NCBI RefSeq assembly: GCF_003704095.1
Contig: NW_020843386.1
Span: forward strand, 186,001 to 249,948
Direction of reading: 5' to 3'
DNA length: 63,948 bases
Source of the DNA: Pocillopora damicornis
Taxonomy: Eukaryota
Part shown: positions 62,998 to 63,948 of the stretch, one piece after another
How the letters are laid out: each line of letters begins with the position of its first letter
Numbering within the stretch: the first letter of the stretch is position 1
Notes under the pieces: generated by a model
What the model was told of the DNA's origin: nothing
Seen by the model: only the letters and a program-made list of their open reading frames with translations
Databases searched by the model: none
Translations under genes and position numbers: made by a program

Positions 62998-63948
62998 NNN
63001 NNNNNNNNNNNNNNNNNNNNNNNNNNNNNNNNNNNNNNNNNNNNNNNNNNNNNNNNNNNNNNNNNNNNNNNNNNNNNNNNNNNNNNNNNNNNNNNNNNNN
63101 NNNNNNNNNNNNNNNNNNNNNNNNNNNNNNNNNNNNNNNNNNNNNNNNNNNNNNNNNNNNNNNNNNNNNNNNNNNNNNNNNNNNNNNNNNNNNNNNNNNN
63201 NNNNNNNNNNNNNNNNNNNNNNNNNNNGGATAACAGCCAATTTTATTGATTGTTAACTACCTTGATAACGAATTTCTTCTTGTTTTTTACGATTTTATAT
63301 AGTTATAATGTTTATTCGAGTTGATGTACCTATCTATNNNNNNNNNNNNNNNNNNNNNNNNNNNNNNNNNNNNNNNNNNNNNNNNNNNNNNNNNNNNNNN
63401 NNNNNNNNNNNNNNNNNNNNNNNNNNNNNNNNNNNNNNNNNNNNNNNNNNNNNNNNNNNNNNNNNNNNNNNNNNNNNNNNNNNNNNNNNNNNNNNNNNNN
63501 NNNNNNNNNNNNNNNNNNNNNNNNNNNNNNNNNNNNNNNNNNNNNNNNNNNNNNNNNNNNNNNNNNNNNNNNNNNNNNNNNNNNNNNNNNNNNNNNNNNN
63601 NNNNNNNNNNNNNNNNNNNNNNNNNNNNNNNNNNNNNNNNNNNNNNNNNNNNNNNNNNNNNNNNNNNNNNNNNNNNNNNNNNNNNNNNNNNNNNNNNNNN
63701 NNNNNNNNNNNNNNNNNNNNNNNNNNNNNNNNNNNNNNNNNNNNNNNNNNNNNNNNNNNNNNNNNNNNNNNNNNNNNNNNNNNNNNNNNNNNNNNNNNNN
63801 NNNNNNNNNNNNNNNNNNCCTTGTTCTGTATTTAAACATTCCTGGGTGAGTACATTTTAAACAGCAAAGCATTGTAATATTCGAGTGGTTTATAACTTTT
63901 GAGTAAAATCATAAGCTAAACAGGTTTATCTTTCAGCTCTATCAGTGA

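Noticed and set aside
61091-63872. Long ORFs made of X residues (also 29030-29708, 36196-36499)
   Set aside because: Created by N gaps; frame across gaps cannot be determined

Overview
AT-rich, intron-containing eukaryotic genomic DNA with scaffold gaps. The gene families and dispersed repeats look like those of a scleractinian coral (inference). Most of the window is a tandem cluster of secreted modular genes that all begin with a homologous signal-peptide + PAN/Apple-like exon. That exon is spliced to interchangeable C-terminal modules: (i) EGF + 37-46 nt micro-exon + fibrinogen-N-like exon + 'skeletal organic matrix protein 5'-like domain (5 genes, one with an in-frame exon fusion), (ii) EGF + C-type lectin (1 gene), or (iii) C-type lectin alone (3 genes plus duplicated, inverted or dead lectin exons). 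Orphan PAN pseudo-exons and a fossil C-terminal domain are also present. Embedded in the cluster is a 13-exon XPG/ERCC5-family nuclease gene with intact catalytic acidic residues, a PIP box, two U12-type introns (one GT-AG, one AT-AC) and a very short spacer. The window ends with tandem single-coding-exon PLCXD (PI-PLC X domain) genes. Dispersed repeats include tRNA-derived SINEs, TTAA-flanked MITEs, a Penelope fragment, a hammerhead-like motif and minisatellites. Exon coordinates were derived by hand from splice signals and paralogue comparison, without transcript evidence.
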